A stretch of 64,000 nucleotides of DNA from Dictyostelium discoideum (GCA_000004695.1 CM000155.2:2176001-2240000); one strand, 5' to 3'; counted from the first letter of the stretch, positions 11,116 through 24,031 are shown. Made by a program: numbers and translations. The notes: generated by a model from the sequence alone, not told the origin.

Positions 11116-11893
11116 TTCTTTATTTATCTATATATTAATTTTTTATTTTTTCTTTTTTTTTTATATTTCTTTGATTTCTTTTTTTATTTCTTTTTTACAA
11201 TTATTGTTTGTCAATATATAATTTCTAATTTAATTTGTGTAAACTATGTAAATTACACACTGATATCTATCTAGCTATAATTATATATATTTAAATTAAT
11301 ATTAATACTTTATTTCAGTTTATTTTAATTGATATGTTATTTTTATTAAACCATAAGACATATTAAAATTTTTGTGTTGTTTTTTTTTATTATTATATTT
11401 ATTTTTTTTATTTTTTTTATTTTTTATTTTTTATTTTTTTTGAAATATTTGTGTGAATGGTGGTAAAACGAATGTGTTATTATTATTTTTATTATTATTT
11501 ATATTTATTTAATTATTATTATTATTATTAATATTAATATTATTATTTTCTTTTTTTAATCATTGAGAATATGAAAAATAAATGTTATAGTAAAATTATA
11601 TATACATTTAAATAGAATATTCTATTGGTTTTTTTTTTTTTTTTTAGAAAAATTTAATTAAATTTATCAAAGATTGTGTGTGTTGAGAAAAAAAAAAAAA
11701 ATAAAAAAAATAAAAAAAAATAATAAAAAAAAAAAAAAAAAAAAATATAAAAAAAAAAAAAAAATAAAAAAAATTAAAAATAAAAAAAAAATTAAAAAAT
11801 AAAATAAAAAAAAAAAACTTTTCAATTTCCCAAGCCTTGTTTTGGGAAATTTCAACCATTTCGTCAGATGGGCTATGGGGGCTGAATGATAAT

Positions 11894-11931
<38 letters not shown>

Positions 11932-12047
11932 AGAATTGATTATTCATTGTTTTTAATTTGATTTTTGATATAATATTTTATTTTCATTTTAATTTATTTT
12001 AAAAAAAAAAAATAATAAAAAAAAAAAAAATAAAAAATTTCTAAAAT

Positions 12048-12078
<31 letters not shown>

Positions 12079-12381
12079 GAATAATAAACTTTTTTGGTTG
12101 TTTTGTTTTTTTTTTTTTTAAAAATATTTTTTAGAAATAGTTTTTCAATTTAATTTTACTTTTTACTTATTTGGTAATATTTTTTTTGATGAATATTATT
12201 TATAAAGGTTACTTTTTCAGAAAAAAAAAAAAAAAAAAAAAAAATGAATTAAATAGTAAGACTATTTTTTTTTATTTTTTATGTATATATATTTTATTTT
12301 TTTTTTTTTTTATTATTTTTTTTTTTTTTTTTTTTATTTTTTATTTTTTTTTTTTTATTTTATTTTAGTAAAAAGTAACGT

Positions 12382-14167
12382 TTATCTTGCAGTTGCAATA
12401 TCATCAATCTTTAATAACATTACAACGGTTTCAGTTGCTAAAGTTAAAGCAGAAGTTGAGACTAAAAGTGGCTGTACAACATTTTCTTGGAGGATATTTG
12501 TGATTGCGCCTTTTCTAACATTGATACCAGAGTTTATTTCACCTTGAGCATGTTTATTTCTTAATTCGGTGACGATAGAGATTGGATGAAGACCAGCATT
12601 TTCAGCAAGAGTGTAAGGGATGATCTCCAAGGCCTCAGCGTAAGCACGAACACAATAACTTGTGATACCAGTGAGAGTTTTAGAGAAAGCAGTGACTTGT
12701 TGTGATACTTCAATCTCTGGGGCACCACCACCAGCGATGAGGAATTTCTTTTTAACGAGGGAACGAATAACGCAGAGAGCATCGTGTAAGGAACGTTCGG
12801 CTTCATCTAAAACCAATTTATTTGAACCACGACATAAGACGGTGACGGTTTTACCAGGGTTTGGAATACCGGTGACCTTTACGATCTTACCATCACTGGT
12901 GCCAACCTCTTCGACCAAATCGGCTTTACCTAATTTATCGGCGGTGAAAGAATCGATGTTTGCTACTGGTTGACAACCGATGGTGTTGCAAATGAATTCA
13001 ATATCGTCACGTTCAATGTCCTTGATGACGAGGATCTTTAATTTAGCTAAATAGTGAAGGGAGAGATCGTTTACGGCATCACGGAGAATACTCTTTTGCA
13101 CCAACAAAACATTGCAACCACTCTTTTGAATCTTTCTACACATTTCCAATATTAACTTTGGTTCCTCTTTGATGACTTTATCCATCTTGGAATAATCAGA
13201 TACAACGATGTTGTTATCCATATATGTTTTTGGTGCAGACAAACAAAATTGAATCAAACCAATCTTTGCGTTTTGAATACGTGTTGGTCCACCTGCTGTA
13301 TGTGATGCTGTTTGATCAAATACTAAACCTTGTACTAATTCTGTGTCTTCGATGGTACCTCCTAACTTTTTAATCAATTTAATGTCCTTGAGATTTACAT
13401 TGACTGCAGTGGCTGGATTGATTACACTTAATACAGCATCGACTGCAATCGATGCTAAATTGGTATATTGTGATACTACTTTACTATTGAGTGAGGTGGT
13501 TGCACTCTTTACCAAACTAACTCTATCGGTTAAACTAACTGGAACTGACATTGATACCAATACCTCTAATGATTTATTCAATGCTAAATTAAATGCTTCA
13601 CTAATAATTGATGGATGAATACCTTTTGCCATTAATTGTGATACTGCTCCTAATAATGATCCTGCAATTACACATACTGATGTTGTACCATCGCCAGCTT
13701 CAATATCTTGTGCTTTTGCTAATTCTGCTAACTATAAATTTTATTTATTAATTTATTAATTATATTTATTATTATTATTATTATTATTATTAAATTAAAA
13801 AAAAAAAAATTATTAGTATATAGTTTTTTTTTTTTTTTTTTTAAAAAACGAATGAATTTTGAAGTGTGTTTTTTTTTTATTTTTTTTATTTTTTTTATTA
13901 TTTTTGATAAATTACCATTTTAGCAGCTGGATGTCTTAATTCTAAATTTTGAAGAATTGTAGCACCATCATTACTAATTAAAACTTCATTATTTGGTGAA
14001 ATGATCATTTTATCCATACCTTTTGGACCTAATGAGGTTCTGATTGCATCAGCGACTGCTCTTGCTGCAACAATATTTGATGTTCTTACATCCTTTTCTT
14101 TTTCTTTTTCATCAAAATCACTTCTTGATGGTAATACTTTTGCTGGTGCTGCTGCTGGTGCTGACAT
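12382..14167 (-). CDS. cct2: T-complex protein 1 subunit beta (CCT2 chaperonin)
   Basis: complement(join(12382..13731,13916..14167)). Exon 1 ends ...LGPKGMDKM...NDGATIL...AAKM|, and exon 2 continues [33 protein letters not shown] is the CCT-beta signature and GGGAPE the ATP-binding motif. The intron is phase 0 (ATG|GTAATT...TATAG|). Confidence 0.9.
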
Positions 14168-14281
14168 TTTTTATATTTAAATAAACTTTTTTTTTAATTT
14201 AAATAAAAAAAAAAAAAATTATATATAAAAATAAAAATATAAAAAAAAAAAAAAAAAAAAACAATGAAAATTTGTGAACCC

Positions 14282-14342
<61 letters not shown>

Positions 14343-14854
14343 AATAAAAAATTTTAAAACTCGACCCACTCCTTTTTTTCCATTTTTAAAATCAAATAAT
14401 CATTGCTTATAATCACAATTCATAAATGGAAAAAAAAAAATATAAAAATAAAAAAAATAAAAAAAAATATAAAAAAAAATATAAATAAAAATAAAAATAA
14501 AAAATTAAAAATGGAAATTAATGGAAAAAAAAAAAAAATATATATAATAATGATGACAAAATTGTTTTTTTATTTTATTTATAATTAATTAAATTTCTTA
14601 ATCAAATAATTTTAATTTTAAATTTAAATTTAAATTTAATTTCAATTTAATTTCAATTTCTTAATTAAAATAATAAATAATAAAAAAGAATTTTTTTTAA
14701 AAATAGTATTATTTTTTAAAAAATAAATAAATAAAATAAAATAATGTCTTATTTGGTTTCTTTAATTGGTTATTTATAATTAATTAAATTTTAGTTTCTT
14801 AATTAAAAATAATATATAGACATTTTTAGTTATTATTATTTTATTTTATTTTTT

Positions 14855-15532
14855 TTATTCTTCATCTTCACTTGAATTATCATAATTTCCCATTAAACTA
14901 GCAAAAGAATTTACAGATTGAGTATTTTTATCATTTTCATTTTCTTCAGTTTTAAGTTTCTTTTTTGATTCTTCTTCCTCTTCTTCTTCCTTTTCTTTAT
15001 CTTTGTCATTATTATTTCCATTTTTGTCATTATTATTATTCTCATTATTTTTCGGTATTAATTTTATATTTACAAGTTTTCTCTTTGTGGTGGTCACATC
15101 AGTTGTAGTAGTAGTAGTAGTAGTATTTTCAATTTTTAAAGAATTATCATTTGATTGAGTAGTTTTATTATTATTATTATTATTATTATTGCTATTTGAT
15201 TGAGGAGGAATTATTGAATTGAATAAATTTGAAGCTTGTGATTTTTTAAAATCTTCAAGTTCTCTTTCAATTTCATCTTGTTCTAATTTCTTTTTTTCAT
15301 TTTCAATTTTTTCATTCTCTTTATAATGTTCAATATCATCTTTATCTAAACCTTGTGACGGTTTAAATTTAGTTTTTTCAATTATTGATTCCTCTTTTAT
15401 TCTTTTATTTTCTTGTAACCTTTCATATAAAGTTCTACTATCATATTCACCATCATCCTTTTGTTTCCCACCATACAGTTTCCTTTGTTCTTCTAATTCA
15501 CTCTCTGAAACGAACCTATTATTAAATGACAT
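14855..15532 (-). CDS. NIP30/FAM192A (PIP30)-like protein
   Basis: Single exon. The N-terminus FVSESELEEQRKLYGG...DSRTLYERLQENKRIKEE...KFKPSQGLDKDD matches the NIP30 domain of human FAM192A (RFVSEAELDERRKRR...DPRSLYERLQEQKD...FKFKNMVRGLDEDE). The tail is acidic and low-complexity. Confidence 0.65.
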   Translation of the reverse strand: MSFNNRFVSESELEEQRKLYGGKQKDDGEYDSRTLYERLQENKRIKEESIIEKTKFKPSQGLDKDDIEHYKENEKIENEKKKLEQDEIERELEDFKKSQASNLFNSIIPPQSNSNNNNNNNNKTTQSNDNSLKIENTTTTTTTTDVTTTKRKLVNIKLIPKNNENNNNDKNGNNNDKDKEKEEEEEEESKKKLKTEENENDKNTQSVNSFASLMGNYDNSSEDEE

Positions 15533-15824
15533 TCTTTTTTTTATATTTCTATATTATGTTGTTTTCGTTGTTGTATTTGTATTTGTATGGTAGTGGTAGT
15601 AGTAGTGGTTGTTGTGTTTTGGCTGTTGAAAATCAAAAAGTTCAAGAATTTAAATTTTTTTTTTTATTTTTTTATTTTTTTTATTTTTTATTTTTTTTTA
15701 TTTTTTTGTTTTATTTTTAATTTCGCTCCATTATTTTCATTTTTTTTTTTTTATTTTTTTTTATTTATTTTAATTCAAAGACACTAATTTATAGTATTTA
15801 TAGTATTTATAAATAAAAATAAAA

Positions 15825-16580
15825 ATGGAAACAACAACAACAACAACAACAGCAGCAGCAACAAAAGGAACAAATGATGCAATGGAAACTAGTTCATCAA
15901 CAACAGCAACACCAACTACTGCAACTGTAGTACCACAAGTTGTTAGAAATGATGAATATATTAATACATTTTATGATATTGCAAATAAATTGGATACAAA
16001 TCCTTCATTCCCAGATGTATGTACAAATTTTTTTTGGATAGTTATATAATTTTGAATTTAAAGTTTAATAGTAATAAACTCCGAATCTCAATGTTTTAAA
16101 ATTATAACTACAGTTTATCCTTAATAATATTAGTTAGTTTTAATAAATTAATTAAAATTAATAAATTAAATAATAACAATAACAATAACAATAAATAATA
16201 ATAATAATAATTATTGAATTTTTACCTTTTTTTAATAAAAATAAAAATGAAAACAAAATCAAATAAAACTTAAAAAGGATGATAAATTATTTTCAAAAAT
16301 TATTGAATTATCTTCAAAAACCAAACAAACTAAAAAATTATCACCACAATTCATATCCAAATATTTTAAAAGATTCCCAACACTTCAAGAGAAAGCAATC
16401 GATTGTTTAATTGATTTATTTGATTCATCAGATGAAGATGTAATTATGAGAGTAAATGCTCTTAAAGCAATTCCAACAATTTGTAGAGATAATCCAGATC
16501 ATATCGCTAAATTAGTTGATATTTTAAGTCAATTATTAAATACAGGTTTGTAGTATACATACATATATATATATATATAG

Positions 16581-16635
<55 letters not shown>

Positions 16636-18186
16636 TTTAAATTATTAATTTTTATTCAAAAATAGATTCAAAAGTTGAAGCAGAACATACAAAAAATTCA
16701 TTAATTGAATTATATAAATTGAATTCAGTTACAACACTTAATTCATTTTTAACATTTTTAGAATCAGAAGAAAGTTCAATGGAAGATCAACCAGCATCAT
16801 CAACATTATTATCATTTTTAAAGGAAAGTATCATTCCATTGGTTCGTACAGAATATTCAAAAAGTTCAATAGAGACTCAAACATTCTTTAGAGTTCGTAT
16901 TTTGAAATTAATTGCAAAATGTACATCAACCACTGAATTGGATTTACTATTCCAATTATTAGAATGTTTCACACAATATAAAGTTCAAGAGACAATCACT
17001 GATTTAGAAACAAATGTCCTACCAGTAATTGAATCTCAATCATTGGATACCATTAGAAAGAAACTTATTAATTTCACTAAAATCTTACTTTTTAAATCAA
17101 AGGTATGGCAAATAAATAAGTAAAAAACATAATTCAAACCACCATTATTATTACTAACATTTTAAAATTATATATATATTTAGAAACCACATACAGAAAT
17201 TAATAGTAATAAATTATTTGATTTATATTTAAATAAAATTTTCCCAAAGGTTAATGAATTGGATGAAACTAATAAAACTGAACTAGTTTCAGTATTTTCT
17301 CAAGTCACACCTCATATGACACAAGAAATTTCAATGCAATTTTTAGAACCGGTTTATAATCTTTTCAAAGTATGTGTTATTAATCAATTAATTATAGTTA
17401 TTATTATTTATTATTTATTAAAATTTATTATTTTTTTTTTTTTTTTAGGCAACAGTACCATCAAAAACTACAACACCAGTTGCAGATGTTGATTTACAAT
17501 TTACAATAGTTGAAGCATTATTATTTGCATTATCATCAATTGGATCAAAATCAACAAGTTCACTTTGTAAATTATGTGGTTTCAAATTGGTTACAGGTCA
17601 ACCAAGTGATATGAATGCTGACCCAGTTAAATATGAGGATTTCTTGGGTAGACATAGATTTTTAGATGAAAAATGTAGAGAAACTTTGGGTAAAGCCAAA
17701 AAGGCAATTCCAAATCTTGGAAATCCAAAAGATAAGGCACAATTGAAATTGGCACAAAAAACACTCTTATCCACTCAAAACATTTTAACAATTATGCAAA
17801 ATTTATTGAAATCACCACCAGTTACAAACATCAATAATTTAGTAATCTCTTCAACAATTTTTAAAGGTAAACAAAATTTAATTCATAATGTTTCACCTGT
17901 ATTTAAACCACAACAACATCAACATCAACATCAACAACAACAAGTTCAACAAAAACAATATCAAAAATATCAAGCACAACAACAACAACAACAAAATATA
18001 CCAATTCAAAGAAATCAACAACAACAACAACAACAAAAATCAAATCGTTATCAACCATATGTTACACCTGGTAGAAGACATCAAGATTTAGATAAACCAA
18101 AACAAGATGGTGTTGAAGTTCATTATTATTCTGAAAAACATAATAAACCATCAAGTTTTAAAGGAAGGGGTCCAAAAAGTTATTAA
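15825..18186 (+). CDS. api5: apoptosis inhibitor 5 (API5/AAC-11) homolog
   Basis: join(15825..16016,16278..16545,16666..17102,17184..17369,17449..18186). Exon 2 KKLSPQFISKYFKRFPTLQEKAIDCLIDLFDSSDEDVIMRVNALKAIP aligns to human API5 KRLAAQFIPKFFKHFPELADSAINAQLDLCEDEDVSIRRQAIKELP. The C-terminal exon has a basic/Gln-rich tail. Donors are GTATGT, GTTTGT and GTATGG. Confidence 0.8.
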
Positions 18187-18667
18187 AATAAAATAAAATA
18201 AAAAAAAAATAAAAAAAAAAATAAAAATTATTGAAAATCTATTTTTTATATAAAATTTATTCCCTACCCCAAAAAAATTAATTATAATTACAAAAAATGA
18301 ATGATAAATAAATTATAAAAAGTAAATTATAAAATTATTGGTTGAAAAAAAAAAAAAAAAAAAAGTGATCATTTTGTGTATTTTTGAGTGTTATATTTAT
18401 CTATACTAAATTCATATTAAAAATAAATAAAATTAAATCATTGAATAAAAAAAAAATAATAAAAAAAAAATGAAATATTTAATAAATAAAATAATAATTA
18501 TAAAATTAAAAATAAAAAAAAAAGAAAAAAAAAAAAAGGCGATGGATTTTTCATTTTATTTTTTTTTTTTTTTTTTTTTTTTTAAAACACAATTTTTATT
18601 TTTTTTATTTTTTTAGTTTTTTATTTTTTTTTTTTCAAACATAACCCAAAAATAAATATATAATAAA

Positions 18668-20220
18668 ATGACAACTCAAATCTATCAGGTTCCAGTTGTC
18701 AGTAATGGTCTTAGAGAAACTGAATCTATTCTTCAAATTGTAGATTCACTTGAAAAACTTGAAAAGGTTTTTAATGATATGTATTCAACAATTTCTGCAA
18801 GAGTATCACATGAAAAATCAAGAATTGATAATGTTGCAAATAGATTAAATAATGCACAAGTATGTTTTTTTTTTTTTTTATATTAAAATGGTAATAATAA
18901 ATAGCTTACAACTAGTTGTATTAATATATATATATTCTATTTTTTATATGTTTTTTTATTATTTTATTTTTTTTTTTTAAAAAAAAAAAAAAGCATAAAG
19001 TTAATCAAATTGTTGGTAGTAAACAAGCAATAACAGTATTTAGTAGTGCAAAATATCCAGCAGATAAGAAATGGGGAGATTATGTACCAATTTATAGTGG
19101 AAAACATAAATTACCATTTAAACCATCACATTATCATGGATTGAATAGTGAAGATAGTCCAATTAAAAAGAGACCAGAGGATTCATATTTGGATGTAAAT
19201 GATTTAGTTTTCATTGAAAAGAGTATTGATACCACATCGAAAGAAGTGGAGGTTAAGGAAGGTCTTGGTAGAATTCCAGCACAGATTCCAAGTGTTTCAA
19301 ATCTTTTATTATTTAATACTCAAGAGAATCCATACAAAAAGTATTCAAATACATTGGACAATTTATCAGGTGGTGATGGTGGTGAAGATGACTACACAAT
19401 ATTTGGTGACCAATTGTCAAAGAAGAAGAGATTGGGTGACGCTCCAGTCACCGTTAAAGATGGTGATAGTAGAATCGATGCTGAAAACGTTAAAATCGGT
19501 TACGAACCTGGTACTTTTGAAATACCAGTTTACAATTTCCCTTCAATTTTACCACTTCCAAATGTAGCTGAAAATATTACATGGGCTGCTGAATCTCAAA
19601 GTATTGCTCCATCTCAAAAAGCGACTTTAAATTTATTACCAACTTATGATAATTCAAACTCAGGTAGTGCACCTGTAAATCAATCTTCAGGTGGTGATAA
19701 TAATGTAAATAATAATAATAATAATAACAATAGTAATAATAGTACAGGTATAATGCAACCACCACAACCTACAAATGCACCACCACCTCCTCCACCACCA
19801 CCACAATCTGCTAATGCCCCACCACCACCTCCACCACCACCTGTTTCTGCTCCACCACCATTTAATCCACCAAGTGTTAATAGTAACAATGATGACGATG
19901 ATGATGACGATGATGATAATGGTGGCGGCGGTGGACCAGGTGGTGCTATAGGTGATTTATTGGCTGATATTCGTCGTGGTCATAAAAATAGATTAAAAAA
20001 AGCTGATGTTGGTGGAGATAATGGTGATGGTGAAGATAATAAACCACCACCAGTTTCTGATGGAGGTGGCGGTTTAATGGGTGATCTTTTCAAAAAATTA
20101 GCACTTCGTAGACAATCCATTGCAACTACAAAATCAACTAAAAAACAATCAAAATCAAAGAAAGAAGATACTGATGACCAAGATGGTGAATCTGATACCG
20201 ATTCTTCTGAATGGGAATAA
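18668..20220 (+). CDS. WASH complex subunit 1 (WASH1)
   Basis: join(18668..18859,18994..20220). The N-terminus YQVPVVSNGLRETESILQIVDSLEKLEKVFNDMYSTISARV...AQ | HKVNQIVGSKQAITVFSSAKYP aligns to human WASH1 ([26 protein letters not shown]...GSKKAIKVFSSAKYP). SNLLLFNTQENPYKKY is the WAHD motif. The C-terminus has poly-Pro, a WH2-like LLADIRRGHKNRLKK, an acidic D9 run and a terminal EWE. Confidence 0.85.
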
Positions 20221-20240
20221 AATAATAAATTTCTGAAAAG

Positions 20241-20271
<31 letters not shown>

Positions 20272-20527
20272 ATAATAATAAAGTTTTATTAATTGTAATT
20301 GTCTCATTTGAATTTATTTTTTTTTTTTTTTTTTTTTCATTTTTTTTTTTTTTGATTGGCTTGGTATAATTTTAATGTTTTAAGTAAACACAACCACGAT
20401 TTAAATTAATTTTTTTAAATTTCCCAAAATAAAAAAAAAAAAAAAAAACAGTGTGTAACCGAATTTTTTTTATTTTTCATTTTTTATTTTTTTTTTATTA
20501 TTTTTTTTATTTTTTTTATTTACCCCA

Positions 20528-23039
20528 ATGTCCTTAACAATGCAACAAAGTGATAAAGAAAAAGCCTCAGAAAAACCTTCTGAAACTATTATTGAGGAAA
20601 AAGATTTAATAAGCCAACAAACTATACAAAATGAAAATATGTCAAATTCGATAACAACTACGACTACAACCACAAAACCAACCCAACCTTCACCATTATC
20701 AGCTGAGCAAATAATACGAAATAATTCCAAATCAACAGAATTAAAAAATGCATCATCTCAAGAAACCCCATCAAATCCACCACCACCAACACCATCAAAT
20801 CCCCAATCATCAAATCCCCAATCATCAAATCTTCAACCATCAATAACAGTTACTAAAGAAAGTGGTATGGAACCAGACTCGCCAACCATTTCATCAACTA
20901 AAAAGGTAAAGTATTTCCCTTTAACACCTTATCTTGATAAATTGGATCAAATTAAAAAAGTACAAGAAATCAGTGCCGATGATATGATGAATGATCCAAA
21001 TTTATTAAAGATGTTTGATGATGATAAAATGTTTTTAAGTACACCTGAAAAGAATTCATCTTCATCATCATCATCAGTATCTTCACATTCTGATAGAATT
21101 GATAGTAGTGGTGAAGTAGATTTTTTTGATTTATACGGTTCATTATCAGATAGTGATGATTCTAGAGTTTCATCTCCATCAGTGGATCTTTCAGATTCAT
21201 CATCAATAGCATCTCCATCATCAACACCAGTAATCAATGCAACCCCACAATTAGTTTCAATCTCCGAATCTAATGAAAATGATTTATCAATATCAATATC
21301 AACTTCACCACCAAACCAATCTTCAATGAAAATCGACGATAATAAAAAACCAATAAATGAAGGAGAGAAAATTATACAAATTGAAAATGAAATAAAAGAA
21401 CAAACTTATTTGGAAACTATTAAAAATGTTGAAAACACAGTATCAAAAACATCAACCATAGCAACAACACCAACACCAACATCAACACCAACACCAACAC
21501 CAAAATCAACACCAACACCAAAATCAACACCAACGACAACAACAACTACCACATCTGTAAATAATATAACACCAACCATGGTTTCGAATGAAAAACAAAC
21601 CACTACAACAACCACTAAAACTAAAACATCACCACCACCACCAACACCACCACCAACATCACCAACATCAACAACATCACCAACGTCATCAACACCACCA
21701 ACACCACCAACACCACCAACACCACCAACACTACCAACTAAAATAACAAAAAAATCTTCCACAAATAAAACATCAGAAAAAAAAGAGGAAACAAATAATC
21801 AAAAAGAACAACCATCATCATCATCATCATCGTCATCATCATTAAAAAAGAATATAGTTCAAAAACAGATTAAAAAAATTAAAGTAAAAATTGAAGATAT
21901 GGCAAACAAAAAATATCCAAATAGTAAAAGAGTAACCATCAATGGTGGGTCAGCACCACCAGATGATGAATATTATCAAAATTTATTGGAATACTTAAAG
22001 GAGGAACAAGAATTTAAACCAAGTCCATTACCAAAAGAATCATTAAAGGATGGACATGTATTTATAGTTTATGGTGATTTAACAAAGTTGGTATGTGATA
22101 TTAGAATGGTACCATGTAGTCATAATGTAGTATTTAGAGATACAATCAATGGATGGTTGAAACCTGATTGGATGTTATTCCCCTTTGAAATTAGAAATAA
22201 ATTTAAGGATATTCGTATTGATTTCCGTGATGGTAGGGATAGAGTTTATAAATTAAAAGATTGGCCAACTGAATATCCAAACATTTCACAACCATGGCTT
22301 TGCAATGTGGTTCCATTCAAACGTGGTATCGACTCACATTGTTGTGCCTGGTATGTAAAAGGTGCAATTGACTTTTTGGATAAGGTCGGACACGATCTTG
22401 AAGTCAATAAGCCGCCCATCAAAAATGGAAGAGCAAAACCATTGGTAAGTCTACCCATTTTGGGTACTGGTGGGGGTGGCGGTTCCAGAATTGCCGGTCA
22501 AATTCTATCATTGCTAATTCATGAACTATTTGTTGCAACTCGTAAATGGAAGTATGATGTTGTTTTAGTAACAAATGAAATTTCAATGTACACAGCTGCA
22601 ACCAATATAAGAAAAGAATTAATAGAATCAAACCCAACCTTCTCTTCAATCTATCGTAATCTATTGGGTGATGAAATTATGAAAAAAGCACACACCTTGG
22701 GAAAACTATTAAGAGAGGATAAATTGGCAATATTCCTTGGTGCTGGTAGTTCTCGATCAGCAGGATTACCAACTTGGACAGGTTTACTAGATATGTTGGG
22801 AGCAAAACTTGGTATGACAGAAACTGAACTCAGACAAATGGAACAACTTCATCATTTAGATCGTGCAACAGTATTAGAATCTCGATGGAAAAAACAATTA
22901 AAAAAATATTCTGAAAATATTAAAACTTCTTCTAATTCTCCTTCTTCTTCTTCCTATTCTTCTTCTTCTTCTTCTTCAAATATTTTTACACCATCACTAA
23001 ATAAAATGTTTGAAAATGATAATTTAGATGGTGCAACAA

Positions 23040-23072
<33 letters not shown>

Positions 23073-24031
23073 ATGGTTTAAAAACTACAAAAGAAGTTAA
23101 TGATGAAATTTTAAAAATTAAAAATGAAGAGAGACAGAAACAAATAAGAGAAGAAAAAGAATTATTAGAAAAAAAAAACCGTGAAAAATTAGAAAAGGAA
23201 CAAAACTTTGAATATATTCATAAGAAAATCTATAATCAAATTAATGTGCCAATGCAAACAGAGATTGCAAATCTAATGAAGGTATCACATGCAGGTTTAC
23301 CTCATTTCCTATTGGCATCGACACCTGTTCAAGAGATTGTAACCACAAATTATGATCAATGTTTTGAGATTGCTAGTAGATCTATTGGGAAGGAAATTTG
23401 TGTTTTACCATACCATTCGTTGAATGGTCGTAATAAAAGATGGATTTTAAAGCTACACGGTTGTGTTTCAAATCCTAAAGATATCATTATAACTCGTGAA
23501 GATTACATTAGATATGGGGATAAGAACGAAGCATTGTCAGGCATGGTCCAAGCATTGTTAATTACAAAACATCTATTATTTGTTGGTTTCAGTTTAACTG
23601 ATGACAATTTCTATCAAATTATGTCTGCTGTTAAACGTGCGACATCCACTGGTGAAGACGGCAGTGTCAGATTAAAGAATACTTTTGGCACAGCCCTATT
23701 TCTTCAAAGAAATGATTTAATGAATGAAATTTGGGGTAAGGAATTAAATATTTTATATTTTGATGAAAATAAATCCGATATTGCATGGTGTGCTAGAAAA
23801 CAAGAAATCTTCTTGGAATATCTAACTGGAGTTTGTAGTAATAATAATACAAGTCATTTAATGGAGAAAAGGTTCGATTGTCTATTAAAAGAAGGTGAAA
23901 AAATATTTAGAGATCGTTTAATTGAATTTGTTTCTTCATTACCTGAAGAAGCAATTAAATCTGATGCTTTCAAAAAGTTTCATGTATTTTTAACTGAAAT
24001 GGGTTATGATAGTAGAAATTTTTATTATTAA
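20528..24031 (+). CDS. large protein: disordered S/T/P-rich N-terminus + cryptic Macro-like domain + C-terminal SIR2-like (SIR2_2/ThsA/FAM118-type) domain
   Basis: Single 1167-aa ORF. The C-terminal region has the three SIR2_2 hallmarks: KLAIFLGAGSSRSAGLPTWTGLL (GAGxS..G.P.W), IVTTNYDQCFE (TTNYD) and RWILKLHGCVSNPKDIIITREDY plus LLFVGFSLTD. The mid-region GHVFIVYGDLTKLVCDIRM ... PLVSLPILGTGGGGGSRIAGQILSLLIHELF...YDVVLVTNE resembles macro-domain motifs GDITxL...DAIV and FPAISTGxYGxP...A..I..fl. Residues 1-480 are Thr/Pro/Ser-rich repeats (TPTPTS..., PPTPPTPP). Confidence 0.75.

Noticed and set aside
19214-19567. 117-aa alternate-frame ORF inside the WASH1 exon
   Set aside because: It overlaps a frame with strong WASH1 homology and has no independent support.
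21406-21762. Gly/Val-rich minus-strand ORF, and similar ORFs at 19680-19889, 24220-24567, 25053-25283, 35183-35452 and 37281-37475
   Set aside because: These are antisense readings of low-complexity coding repeats (poly-P/T, KE, D/E, poly-N, poly-H) inside well-supported plus-strand genes.
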